Origin: a virus
Lineage: Duplodnaviria > Heunggongvirae > Uroviricota > Caudoviricetes
IMG/VR virus record: IMGVR_UViG_3300028549_001428
Length of the DNA: 64,000 nucleotides
Reading direction: 5' to 3' (one strand)
Shown here piece by piece: positions 29,780 to 38,632 of the stretch; the first letter of the stretch is position 1, and each line of letters starts with the position of its first letter. Both the position numbers and the translations under genes were made by a program. The notes under the pieces were generated by a model that was not told the origin of the DNA, made no database searches, and saw only the letters and a list, made by a program, of their open reading frames with translations.

Positions 29780-30048
29780 TCTGTTAATGATTTTTTTCCG
29801 TCAGTTGCCCATATAATTTTTGGTGTATCTTCTATAGGTGCTACGCCTATTATTTTTTTATATATAGCAATAACATCCTTAAAATATACATAATCTTGAG
29901 CAATATTGGCACATCTAAATGAATATTCTGAAGTTACGTATACGCCATATTGTTTTTCGGTTTGATCAACAAACCCAACACTAGCTAATATAGCACAGTC
30001 CTCATGTATATACTCGATTACATCACCTACATTAGCAATTCGTTTCAT
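29761..30048 (-). CDS. hypothetical protein, possibly cassette-derived
   Basis: Preceded by GTTAGGCATACGAAATTAA, nearly identical to the start of cassette 2. Confidence 0.65.
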   Translation of the reverse strand: MKRIANVGDVIEYIHEDCAILASVGFVDQTEKQYGVYVTSEYSFRCANIAQDYVYFKDVIAIYKKIIGVAPIEDTPKIIWATDGKKSLTDWRNLC

Positions 30049-30266
30049 TCCTCTTCCTCGTATTTAATTTCGTATGCCTAACTACTCGTTAGTGATCATT
30101 AAATCCTTATAATAAGGAAATAACCATTTAAACAGTAATATAGCAATTCAATTAATATAAGTCAAATGATTTATAAAAATAATTAATATTATTATTTCAT
30201 GATTTAAACCTTTTATATATAAAAATTTCACTTGACATATTTTATAATAGTTTCTATATTATAGAT

Positions 30267-30809
30267 ATGAAAAACATTATTCTAGCTTTAATCATAGTAA
30301 CTCAAGCACTTGCTTTCGACACGCAAGATACCATTAAGACATCCCCAAATTCCTATACTGTTATCAATTACATCAATAGTAAATATAACAATACCATGAT
30401 TAATGTAAGTAAAGACTACTACAAAAATGATGTATTGGTATCTAACACCCTATTATGGGGAGACTCTATAAATCTGAAAATCGTGGACTCAATAACAACA
30501 GTAAATTATAAGGGATACCATTATGTTTTCACTTGGAGAGGTGGAAATATCAATAGTCAATCCCTTTATTATGACTCTATTGTTGAATTTAATGTTGAAA
30601 ATGATAAGCGCACAGTGTTAAAGAAATCTAGTGAAACAAACATTGTAAAGTTCAATTCATATGAAATTAGAATGTTCTGTGGTCGAATTGTAGAAATTTA
30701 CTATTTGGATTCGGTTAAGGTATACTCGGTATTTACTGAAACAAACTGTGCTGATTCAACCGATGATTCGAATGATTCTATACCAAAATATTTACAACCT
30801 ATAGGATAA
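30267..30809 (+). CDS. secreted protein
   Basis: Signal peptide MKNIILALIIVTQALA; promoter at 30232-30260. Confidence 0.75.
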   Translation: MKNIILALIIVTQALAFDTQDTIKTSPNSYTVINYINSKYNNTMINVSKDYYKNDVLVSNTLLWGDSINLKIVDSITTVNYKGYHYVFTWRGGNINSQSLYYDSIVEFNVENDKRTVLKKSSETNIVKFNSYEIRMFCGRIVEIYYLDSVKVYSVFTETNCADSTDDSNDSIPKYLQPIG

Positions 30810-30813
30810 TAAT

Positions 30814-31002
30814 ATGACATATAAAATGCAAGCCATCGCATCAAACGCTTCAATCAAACGGAGCAGACGAGGAAATAAAAGACGTTGGAATCGATTAAGT
30901 GAGCCATTTGCTCATATGTTTGGTGGTGCATTTAAAATAACCAAAGAATGGCTTAATAGAAAAATTAGTAGACATGAAAGAAAATACAATATGTTTGATT
31001 GA
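30814..31002 (+). CDS. small basic protein
   Basis: ORF in operon. Confidence 0.55.
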   Translation: MTYKMQAIASNASIKRSRRGNKRRWNRLSEPFAHMFGGAFKITKEWLNRKISRHERKYNMFD

Positions 31003-31048
31003 CAAATGATTTAAGTATTCCTATATTAATCAAAAAGGGAAAACATAA

Positions 31049-31633
31049 ATGGTTGATAACTTTAATTTAATCAGATCTTTGCTTACTTTTGATGGAGAAG
31101 ATGACTTCTACTACACTCAATTGATTCAGCGCAAAAAAGAAAATCCTACTAATCATGGTGATTGGGCTGTGAAAACATGGACTATTAATTCATTTGAGAA
31201 ATTTGATGAATTAAAACCTGATATCATTGCTCTAGCGATTCAGTTTAATGCACGTGCTACTATTCGTCTTAACAAACGTAGTCGCAGACAATGTGCATTG
31301 GAAACCCTTTCAGAATTGGCAAGCAACATTGCAAAGGGTGATTACACACCACCTGATAAGGTTCATTCAAGCGTGATGGGTAAGTATCATGCAGATCCAG
31401 TGAAAAAATGGTTATTGGATGCTGATGATATTGCTCCTGATGCTCCTATTGTAAGTGAAATTCTTGCTTTCATTCGGGATATTCAGCCTGTAGGCGATAA
31501 ATTGGTTTCTGTAATTCCTTCCAAGAGTGGATGTCATATTATGACTACTCCATTCAATCCAGTGCCTTTTACTAAGGCATATCCACTGATTGGTATCCAA
31601 AAAGATAACCCAACAAACCTTTATATTGTGTGA
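31049..31633 (+). CDS. conserved phage protein with AEP/prim-pol-like motifs
   Basis: WLLDAD and SKSGCH resemble AEP motifs I and II; promoter at 30999-31027. Confidence 0.55.
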   Translation: MVDNFNLIRSLLTFDGEDDFYYTQLIQRKKENPTNHGDWAVKTWTINSFEKFDELKPDIIALAIQFNARATIRLNKRSRRQCALETLSELASNIAKGDYTPPDKVHSSVMGKYHADPVKKWLLDADDIAPDAPIVSEILAFIRDIQPVGDKLVSVIPSKSGCHIMTTPFNPVPFTKAYPLIGIQKDNPTNLYIV

Positions 31634-31640
31634 GGATAAT

Positions 31641-31973
31641 ATGTCAATTCCTTTATGGCGAGATATGAGTGGTAATCTACATGATCCATCTACCATGTCA
31701 ATCGATTATATATTTAATGTTTTCCTTATGATATGGAATCATTCAGTTCCCATTCATATGAGAGCACATTGTCCCCCATATACTAGATACACAAAATTTC
31801 CTGGTTATAGCAAGAAATATTTAAAAGAAATGTTTCATATAATGCATGAAAAATTAGTTAAACAAGGTGATTTCGGTACAACTCAATTACAGCGTGGTTT
31901 GATTGCGTTTGTTGAAAAATGGTTGGAAAGCGGTGAATGTGAATTTATGAAAAAGAAGGTTAACAATGTATAA
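31641..31973 (+). CDS. hypothetical protein
   Basis: Start refined after SD GAGGA. Confidence 0.65.
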   Translation: MSIPLWRDMSGNLHDPSTMSIDYIFNVFLMIWNHSVPIHMRAHCPPYTRYTKFPGYSKKYLKEMFHIMHEKLVKQGDFGTTQLQRGLIAFVEKWLESGECEFMKKKVNNV

Positions 31974-32112
31974 AATAATACGACTTACAACAAACACACC
32001 TGGTACAGATGAATTACAGAAAGCATTGAATGATGGATACTCTATAGTCAATGTTAATGAGACACATTCTGCTGATTTTGGCTTCATTATTTATGTATTG
32101 AAGCGAGGATAA
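31966..32112 (+). CDS. 48-aa protein (not in ORF track)
   Basis: MYKIIRLTT...YVLKRG, coupled on both sides. Confidence 0.55.
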   Translation: MYKIIRLTTNTPGTDELQKALNDGYSIVNVNETHSADFGFIIYVLKRG

Positions 32113-32114
32113 TA

Positions 32115-32504
32115 ATGACTCCTGAAGAATATGTTGCAATCCGTTTGCGTAATGGATATATTACTGAAAATTGTATTATTGATAATGATACTGGGTTGGG
32201 TAGGTACAAAAGTCCTAACCCATATGTAAAAATGCGATTCCCAAACGACCTTGATTACATTTATCGTTGTGGTAATACAGCTACTATGGAAGAATTTTGG
32301 AACAATGCAAAAACACAGAAAGATCTATTGTGGGCAATTCGTGGATTAGGTGGAGAGTATTACAAATTAGCTGATTCAATTTGGTCTGATTTATGTTCTA
32401 CATTTGGAATTAATAATTCTAGTAAGATAACACCAGAAGATGCATTTTCTTATGCTCAGTGCGTAAGAATGCGAGTTGGAAAAAATCCATTCAAGGAAAT
32501 ATAA
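32115..32504 (+). CDS. hypothetical protein (129 aa)
   Basis: SD GAGGA. Confidence 0.7.
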   Translation: MTPEEYVAIRLRNGYITENCIIDNDTGLGRYKSPNPYVKMRFPNDLDYIYRCGNTATMEEFWNNAKTQKDLLWAIRGLGGEYYKLADSIWSDLCSTFGINNSSKITPEDAFSYAQCVRMRVGKNPFKEI

Positions 32505-32506
32505 TT

Positions 32507-33856
32507 ATGGGATGTTTTGATTCAGTATGTTCATTAAGTAAACTACCAATTCATTATGGTGATGATATTGTTGCATTTTATGTATGCAGTGGTTCGGTGA
32601 ATAGTTTTTCACCAGAATACAGGTGGTATCAAATGGGATTTCCATTATTCGGTAAATATAATGATTATGGTGATATAGAAGAATATGATACATCACATAT
32701 CAATTATAATATACTTGAAAATACAGTGAATAAACGGCAGAAATATATTAAGCCAATGGAATGCTGTCAATATAAAGATACAGAACCATCTTTAATTGAT
32801 ATGTTCATGAAAAATGTATCTAGTGGTGAACAGATGTTGCCTTCTATATCAGGTGAAAATGGTGAACTTGAAGAATCCGAGCTTACAAAAGGAATGATGA
32901 AGATAAAAACTCATTCAGGTAATGCAGTACATCTTGTATTAATTCATCGTAAAGTATATGATTATGTAGTTGAATTTGGAAAATCTATGTTAACAAAATC
33001 GGTTAATGCTGATTCTATAAATGATTATTTCAAACATAGAAATATGTGGTCAAAGGATAGTAGTCGAGTTATTAGAATTAATCATGATATGTTAATTAAT
33101 GATATTAATATATCATCAATAGATAATATTGAAGAAATTGACTATGATAATAGTTTATCTCATATTCACAGATTTCTAAAATGTCGTCAAAATGATTGTT
33201 TTCCGTCTGTATGTATGTATACCAACCAGGTTATTAATGAAATGTATTCGACAAAAGCAGATGAATTATCATTTGAGCATCCATTAATTCAATCGGTTCT
33301 TGATTATAAATTTTTTAGAACCGCTAGAATAGCATTAAATCTTGAATTGGTTCCTCATTTTAGCTATGCTAGTAACCAACATCGAGACAATCATGATGTA
33401 AGAGGAATACAAACATTCCATACACAGATGGCTGAGATTGCAGATACATTAATTAGAGATGATGAAGAAGAGTACGAGGATGATATGAGCTTTTTCAAGA
33501 CGAAACTAAAAGAACCTACAATTTCTGACTATTATCGGATTGAGCGTAAGGTAACAGACCTAGTTACACAGTCCCTAAAAATGCAGAAATCAAAAAATAT
33601 ATTGGATAATAAACCGGACATATATTGGCTGGTATCGTATGCGTATAGTGCCTCACCGTTTATGGAAGTTCATGCGGGGAATCTGATAGATGCTATCACA
33701 TGGTTCATTACCCTACAACCAAAGTGCGTACCTATTGCGTCATGGGAAATATCTGAGGAACAGTATGTGACTATCTCGGTGAAAAATGGGATTATATCTC
33801 AAATGAAAATTGAAGGATACAAACCAACACACTTAATTAACCAAGGCGATGCCTAA
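32507..33856 (+). CDS. phage hypothetical (MGCFD start), apparently fused in frame to a C-terminal cassette ORF starting at 33485
   Basis: Acidic DDEEEYEDD, then SD GAGGA plus in-frame ATG at 33485; stop lies in the attC-like R'' box. Confidence 0.7.
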   Translation: MGCFDSVCSLSKLPIHYGDDIVAFYVCSGSVNSFSPEYRWYQMGFPLFGKYNDYGDIEEYDTSHINYNILENTVNKRQKYIKPMECCQYKDTEPSLIDMFMKNVSSGEQMLPSISGENGELEESELTKGMMKIKTHSGNAVHLVLIHRKVYDYVVEFGKSMLTKSVNADSINDYFKHRNMWSKDSSRVIRINHDMLINDINISSIDNIEEIDYDNSLSHIHRFLKCRQNDCFPSVCMYTNQVINEMYSTKADELSFEHPLIQSVLDYKFFRTARIALNLELVPHFSYASNQHRDNHDVRGIQTFHTQMAEIADTLIRDDEEEYEDDMSFFKTKLKEPTISDYYRIERKVTDLVTQSLKMQKSKNILDNKPDIYWLVSYAYSASPFMEVHAGNLIDAITWFITLQPKCVPIASWEISEEQYVTISVKNGIISQMKIEGYKPTHLINQGDA

Positions 33857-33902
33857 CAGACGGTGTAACCGACACTTCGTGCGGTTAACCTAGACGTTAG
33901 GC
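33851..33902 (+). other. attC-like integron cassette recombination site 1
   Basis: R'' GCCTAAC, L'' GGT[G]TAAC, CG[A]CAC-TTC-GTG, L' GTTAACC, R' GTTAGGC; two extrahelical bases. Confidence 0.85.
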
Positions 33903-33926
33903 ATACAAAATTAAGGAAACAATAAA

Positions 33927-34244
33927 ATGACACCTAGAGCAAAAACAGCGGAAGAAGTAAGAACCGAATTCCTTAAAAAGGTACAGAGTCTCGCCCAGTA
34001 TTGGGGAAATGTAGAAGGAAAGACTGATGTAGAAAAATGTGAGGGATTAGCATTTTCGATCCTAAACATTTTTGACGGAACTTCAGCCGACCTACCAGCA
34101 ATGGACATCTCTCTAGCACCACACGAGAGCGATAAGGATTATTGCATTGATAATGGTGAAAACTGGTATGAGCCGGGAATGATTATCAACAACTGCACTC
34201 TACATGAATCATTTTACAAAATAACGATGCCTAACAAACGGTGA
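33927..34244 (+). CDS. cassette ORF 2, hypothetical (105 aa)
   Basis: Lies between attC1 and attC2; SD AAGGA. Confidence 0.8.
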   Translation: MTPRAKTAEEVRTEFLKKVQSLAQYWGNVEGKTDVEKCEGLAFSILNIFDGTSADLPAMDISLAPHESDKDYCIDNGENWYEPGMIINNCTLHESFYKITMPNKR

Positions 34245-34286
34245 AGCCGATCCGCAGGAAACGGACGGCTTACCTAAGCGTTAGGC
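34229..34286 (+). other. attC-like site 2
   Basis: GCCTAAC-AAAC-GGT[G]AAGCCG[A]TCCG-CAGGAAA-CGGACGGCTTACC-TAAGC-GTTAGGC, 58 bp. Confidence 0.9.
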
Positions 34287-34319
34287 ACACAACCTCCGGT
34301 TGGATTGAGGAGTAAACAA

Positions 34320-34691
34320 ATGACGCATGATACCAACAAGAATGCGGGTCACTTACTTGGTAAGATGGTCTACCACAGAGATTTATACAAACATTGCGAA
34401 CAGTTCAAGGTAACTGGCGTAACGCTAGATTCTATTGAGCTAGAGGGCGATTACTCTGGAGGAACTCACCGGATAATCCAAAAGCAGTGGAATCCATTAA
34501 AAGGAACCTCGGTGGTGTATAACCACGCATACAAAGAGGAATGTCGAAAAAAAGCATTGACTATACAGGCATTAGCAATACCTGTTGAGTGTGCGGAAAA
34601 GAGAAGCAACACCGAAGAAGCCATGATCGAGCTATTAAGTATGGTGCTGGTTCTTACAAACGATGTAGCAATGAATCCAGAATATACCTAA
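34320..34691 (+). CDS. cassette ORF 3, hypothetical (123 aa)
   Basis: SD GAGGAG; stop TAA inside ACCTAAC. Confidence 0.8.
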   Translation: MTHDTNKNAGHLLGKMVYHRDLYKHCEQFKVTGVTLDSIELEGDYSGGTHRIIQKQWNPLKGTSVVYNHAYKEECRKKALTIQALAIPVECAEKRSNTEEAMIELLSMVLVLTNDVAMNPEYT

Positions 34692-34743
34692 CAAATGATA
34701 ATTGCGATATAACTGGACATAATCAATATAATCAAAGCGAGAC
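34686..34743 (+). other. degenerate attC-like site 3
   Basis: ACCTAAC-AAAT-GATAATTG...CAATATAATC-AAAGC-G--AGAC (R' lacks TT). Confidence 0.55.
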
Positions 34744-34746
34744 ATT

Positions 34747-35013
34747 ATGAAATTTTCATTATTAAAACAAATCGTGACAGATCATGCAAAAGAACGAAAA
34801 GAGAATGCTGGGTTCTCTGGTGCTTGGGATGATGGTGGTTGTCAATCCATTTTAAATAAAATGGATTCGTACCAACAAAAAATTGTAATTGAAATGGATT
34901 TGCGTCCATCCGAATTAGGTAAACTCAATGAGCGTGAGGTCGGAGAACCTAATGAGTTATCAGATATAATCAACAACTACAAAATTAAATTAGCAAATAA
35001 CATAAAACTGTGA
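34747..35013 (+). CDS. cassette ORF 4, hypothetical (88 aa)
   Basis: Followed immediately by residual R'' ACCTAAC at 35013-35019. Confidence 0.7.
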   Translation: MKFSLLKQIVTDHAKERKENAGFSGAWDDGGCQSILNKMDSYQQKIVIEMDLRPSELGKLNEREVGEPNELSDIINNYKIKLANNIKL

Positions 35014-35155
35014 CCTAACGATTCACCAGAGTTGATATAATATGAAATAACTAGAACATTCATATATAAACATGAAATTTTTACAAAGGAATTTAATTCA
35101 CGCATTCCTTTTTGTGTTTTTATAAACTATAAGCATAAAAATAAATGGATTTATT

Positions 35156-36217
35156 ATGAATCAAGAAGAAAAATTTTATAGTTATTTAACTAAATTATCC
35201 GAGCAGACAAAAAACCCAATAGTTGAAAGTATAATTAAAGGATTTACTGTATTATCTGGGTATTCCCCAATAGTTGAGAATGAAGATCAGGCAACTAACG
35301 ATACAAACACAGAAACTATAGATACATCAAATGCTGAAAATACTATGTCTGATGATATATCAACTGGGTCAGTAATGGAATCCGATGAACAAGCAACAGA
35401 GCCAACCGAAGCAGTTTCCGAACCAACCGAAATAGTAAAATCAGAGACTGTAGCCCCTGAGTTATTAGATAAAGTAACAAAATTATGTAATGAAGTACTA
35501 AGTCTTTACAAACATTTAGCTGGAACGGATTTTGTTAAAGAAGAAATTAAGCAAGATGATACTAAATCCGAAGAATCACCAAATACAGATACAGTTAAAG
35601 AACCCATCATGGAAGAAGTTAACTTAGGACAGCGTAAAGCAACAGGTGACTATACAGGAACTGATTACTCTAAAGCATTTGATAGTTTATTTACATTTTT
35701 AAATGACACAGAAAAACATATTGAATCTATGTATAGAATAAATAAAGTTGATTCACAAGATCAAATTTTAGCACAAACTATTCCACATATCGATAACATA
35801 TTAAATACATATAAAGCTGAATTCCAACAAATGGAAGAACAACACATGGATAACATGATCCCTGTAATCCGAACAACAATTTCAGCATCTGCTACAAAAT
35901 GGATTCAAGTATTGAAAAAATTTGATATTAAATTAAACCAACAACATGAAATTCCTGATTATTATGGTAGATATGTTGTTGCTAAATTTATTAATGATGT
36001 AGTAACACCAGCCATAGATTATAGCGAAATGATCCGTGGTCAGATGAGTGTAAATGATAATAAATTACAGGTAAATGTTAAAGCGATTATGGATAAAATT
36101 TCAGCATTAGTTCAAACATTTGATGCTGATGTCGAATCTGATATAAAGGCAAAAACAGGTGGAAAGGCTTATACTAAGGGTGCTACCCAAGCACAACCTC
36201 AAGCAGTTTCTGCTTAA
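35156..36217 (+). CDS. acidic late protein, possible internal head protein
   Basis: TATAAACTAT at 35121; Glu/Thr/Pro-rich linker; several hydrophobic-x-E sites (PIVE, SVME, PIME). Confidence 0.7.
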   Translation: MNQEEKFYSYLTKLSEQTKNPIVESIIKGFTVLSGYSPIVENEDQATNDTNTETIDTSNAENTMSDDISTGSVMESDEQATEPTEAVSEPTEIVKSETVAPELLDKVTKLCNEVLSLYKHLAGTDFVKEEIKQDDTKSEESPNTDTVKEPIMEEVNLGQRKATGDYTGTDYSKAFDSLFTFLNDTEKHIESMYRINKVDSQDQILAQTIPHIDNILNTYKAEFQQMEEQHMDNMIPVIRTTISASATKWIQVLKKFDIKLNQQHEIPDYYGRYVVAKFINDVVTPAIDYSEMIRGQMSVNDNKLQVNVKAIMDKISALVQTFDADVESDIKAKTGGKAYTKGATQAQPQAVSA

Positions 36218-36231
36218 TATGTAGTATTTAC

Positions 36232-36257
36232 GACTCAGAAAAATATTTTTCTGAGTC
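36232..36257. terminator. perfect 26-bp palindrome (terminator or IS left-end hairpin)
   Basis: GACTCAGAAAAATATTTTTCTGAGTC. Confidence 0.6.
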
Positions 36258-36305
36258 ATTTTTATAAACTATATGTAAAGCATATACAACACACAGGAAT
36301 ATAAA

Positions 36306-36464
36306 GTGTCAAAAAATAAAGTACATATAAATGCAGTAAATATTAGATTATCAAATTTATTACATCAAGGTTTATCAAGAATAGCTAGATCAAAAGGCAT
36401 GACTAATTCAGAGTATATGAGATTCTTATTGCTCAGTGCTATAGAGAAGGACGAAAGTAAGTAA
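36306..36464 (+). CDS. ribbon-helix-helix mini-protein, 52 aa, upstream of tnpB (not in ORF track)
   Basis: GTG start; VNIRLSNLLHQGLSRIARSKGMTNSEYMRFLLLSAIE. Confidence 0.75.
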   Translation: MSKNKVHINAVNIRLSNLLHQGLSRIARSKGMTNSEYMRFLLLSAIEKDESK

Positions 36465-36466
36465 TT

Positions 36467-37742
36467 ATGTTAATGGGTCAAAAGATATTGTTGTATCCAA
36501 CGCCTGAACAGGCGTTGGTTTTTAACAAGTCTTTTGGCGTATCCCGATATGCCTATAATTGGGCATTAAGTAAATGGAAAGAACGGAAATCACTTGGTGT
36601 AGCCAAAGTGACTGAAGAAAGAATGGAATAAATGTAAGCCAGAATGGGTTTATGATTGTCCAAAGGACGCTAATCAACAACCATTTGCTGATTTATCCAC
36701 TGCATTAAAGAATTATTTCACATCAAAGAAAGCAGGGAATAAGCATTTTAAGTTTCCAAGAAAGAAGAAGCGAGGAAAATGTAGAGATTCTTTCTATGTA
36801 TCAAATGATAGAGCACATATAACTAACAACCATATTAAATTACCACTTGTTGGTAGAGTTCGTTTAGCCGAAGGCTTGAGATTCAAGAAAAACCAAACAA
36901 GAATTTTATCATATACTATTTCTAGAACTACTGATAAGTATTATGTATCAATAAATTATGAAATACCTGATGATTTGAGTGCAATCCAAAGTGGATCAGG
37001 GATGGTGGGTATTGATTTAGGCTTAAAGACCTTTGCTGTAGAGAGTAATGGACACGAAGAACAATCACCAAGACCACTAAAGAAGCACCAACAAAAGCTG
37101 GTGCGTTTACAAAAGAAATTATCTCGTGCTTCCAAAGGAAGCATCAGACGAAATAAAACAAAAATGAAACTAGCAAAACAACATGCTAGAATATCGAATA
37201 TTCGAAAAGATCATTTACATAAATATTCACGAAAAATAGTGAACGAAAATGCGGTCATCGTTTTCGAAGATTTGAATATACGAGGAATGCTTAAAAACCA
37301 CAAGCTGGCTCGTTCAATATCTGATTCTTCGTGGAGTGAATTGGTCAGAATGACCGATTACAAATCCAAACGATCAGGTTCTATAGTCTTAAAAGCTAAT
37401 AGGTTCTTTCCTTCATCTAAATTATGTTCACAATGTGGTGCGTTAAAGCACCACATTGGACTTGATGAAAGAGAGTATATATGTGAAGAATGTGGCTCGG
37501 TCATGGATCGAGATCACAATGCGTCAATTAACATTCTAGCCTATGGCTTAACACAATTAATACCCAGTGCCTCTGGGAAATTTACGTCCGTGAAGATTGT
37601 AGCTCTGTGTCAGAAAGCAATTTCTGACATAACTTCGGTCAATGAAACGTTCCTTAGATCAGAAAATGGTCAATGGAACAGTGAGGTTCTTGTAGCCTCA
37701 CTGAGAAATCAAGTTGAATTGTCTTTGACAATTCAACCATAA
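36467..37742 (+). pseudogene. tnpB: TnpB (IS605/IS1341-type) with a frameshift at about 36608-36629
   Basis: N-terminal LLYPTPEQ..FGVSRYAYNWAL in one frame; LKKEWN..GIDLG..IVFEDL..CSQC..CEEC..DRDHNA in another. Confidence 0.88.
37679..37736 (+). ncRNA. 3' part of TnpB omega/reRNA and IS right end
   Basis: Hairpins CAGTGAGG..CCTCACTG and TTGAATTGTC-TTT-GACAATTCAA, ending in TCAA. Confidence 0.7.
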
Positions 37743-37771
37743 AATAAGAATAAAAATATTCTTATTTTATG
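37738..37771. terminator. long AT-rich hairpin between convergent genes
   Basis: CATAAAATAAGAATA-AAAA-TATTCTTATTTTATG. Confidence 0.65.
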
Positions 37772-38202
37772 AGGCGTATAGAAATATCTCCATTTTTTAT
37801 TTCCATATGATTACCGGCATCAGTCATTATTAATATTGATATATATTCGCTTGTTGTATATATCCGACTAATAAAATCATTTGCAATTGTTATATCAAAA
37901 TAAGGAAGAAATCTATAATACCATTCCTTTTCACTATCGGTGAATAAGGTGTATGATGTTACATAGTGCAATTCAATAAATTGAAACTGATTCAAATAGA
38001 ACTTCTTAGAATCATCGAATAACACCATAAAGCCAACTGTGTTATCATGTCTAACCATCATCGCAGTGTAATAAGCAGGTGAGAATACACCATCTAGGTT
38101 CATAATACGAATTGAAAATACTCGACCAATGTAAAGTTCGCTATTGTCACACAAGTTTTCTAGATCAATAGTTGAATCATAAGTAACGCATTCGTCGATC
38201 AT
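37762..38202 (-). CDS. hypothetical protein
   Basis: Start refined: SD AAAAGGAG, promoter at 38222-38250. Confidence 0.7.
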   Translation of the reverse strand: MIDECVTYDSTIDLENLCDNSELYIGRVFSIRIMNLDGVFSPAYYTAMMVRHDNTVGFMVLFDDSKKFYLNQFQFIELHYVTSYTLFTDSEKEWYYRFLPYFDITIANDFISRIYTTSEYISILIMTDAGNHMEIKNGDISIRLIK

Positions 38203-38246
38203 ATTAATCTCCTTTTCTATTAATATAGAATAGATATTGGAGTTTG

Positions 38247-38534
38247 TCAATGGAAAGATTTTAAAAGCTCGTCTATTTCGCTCTGATTGAGGATTTCTTC
38301 GCATTTTGGGTGAATTTCTTTGTCTCTTTTAGTATTTTTAGCCAATTTTGGTAATTCAAATACCGAAGTGTAACCCTGATCTTCTTTAATATTTTTAGGT
38401 TGATTGGTAATTCTATACTTGCTGTAAATTACCATAAATTGAGTTAATGTCATATCATATCTGTAGTTGATATCAGATACAGCTTTCTGCCACGCATCCT
38501 TTGAATCAAATAAATATGGAAAAAATGTTAGCAT
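38247..38534 (-). CDS. hypothetical protein (95 aa)
   Basis: ORF. Confidence 0.6.
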   Translation of the reverse strand: MLTFFPYLFDSKDAWQKAVSDINYRYDMTLTQFMVIYSKYRITNQPKNIKEDQGYTSVFELPKLAKNTKRDKEIHPKCEEILNQSEIDELLKSFH

Positions 38535-38632
38535 GAAATAAATATAACTATTTCACTTAGTTTATTATGTTATCACAAAATAATTTTTTTTACATCATTG
38601 TGATAAACTAAGTATAAAAGGGATATTAAAAA

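Noticed and set aside
33851-34286. attC-like sites as simple terminators
   Set aside because: No U-tract follows either site; they have conserved R boxes, bulged bases and unpaired spacers.
33851-35019. CRISPR array interpretation of the repeats
   Set aside because: The repeats are non-identical and are separated by whole genes of about 270-400 bp, not by 30-40-bp spacers; they fit attC architecture.
36600-36630. Programmed frameshift in tnpB
   Set aside because: There is no slippery heptamer or stimulatory structure, and residues seem to be missing, which fits a small deletion.
38566-38612. Interrupted inverted repeat CTTAGTTT..TATCACAA / TTGTGATAAACTAAG between divergent genes
   Set aside because: It could be an operator, but it is AT-rich, bulged and single-copy, with no regulator assignable; too weak to call.
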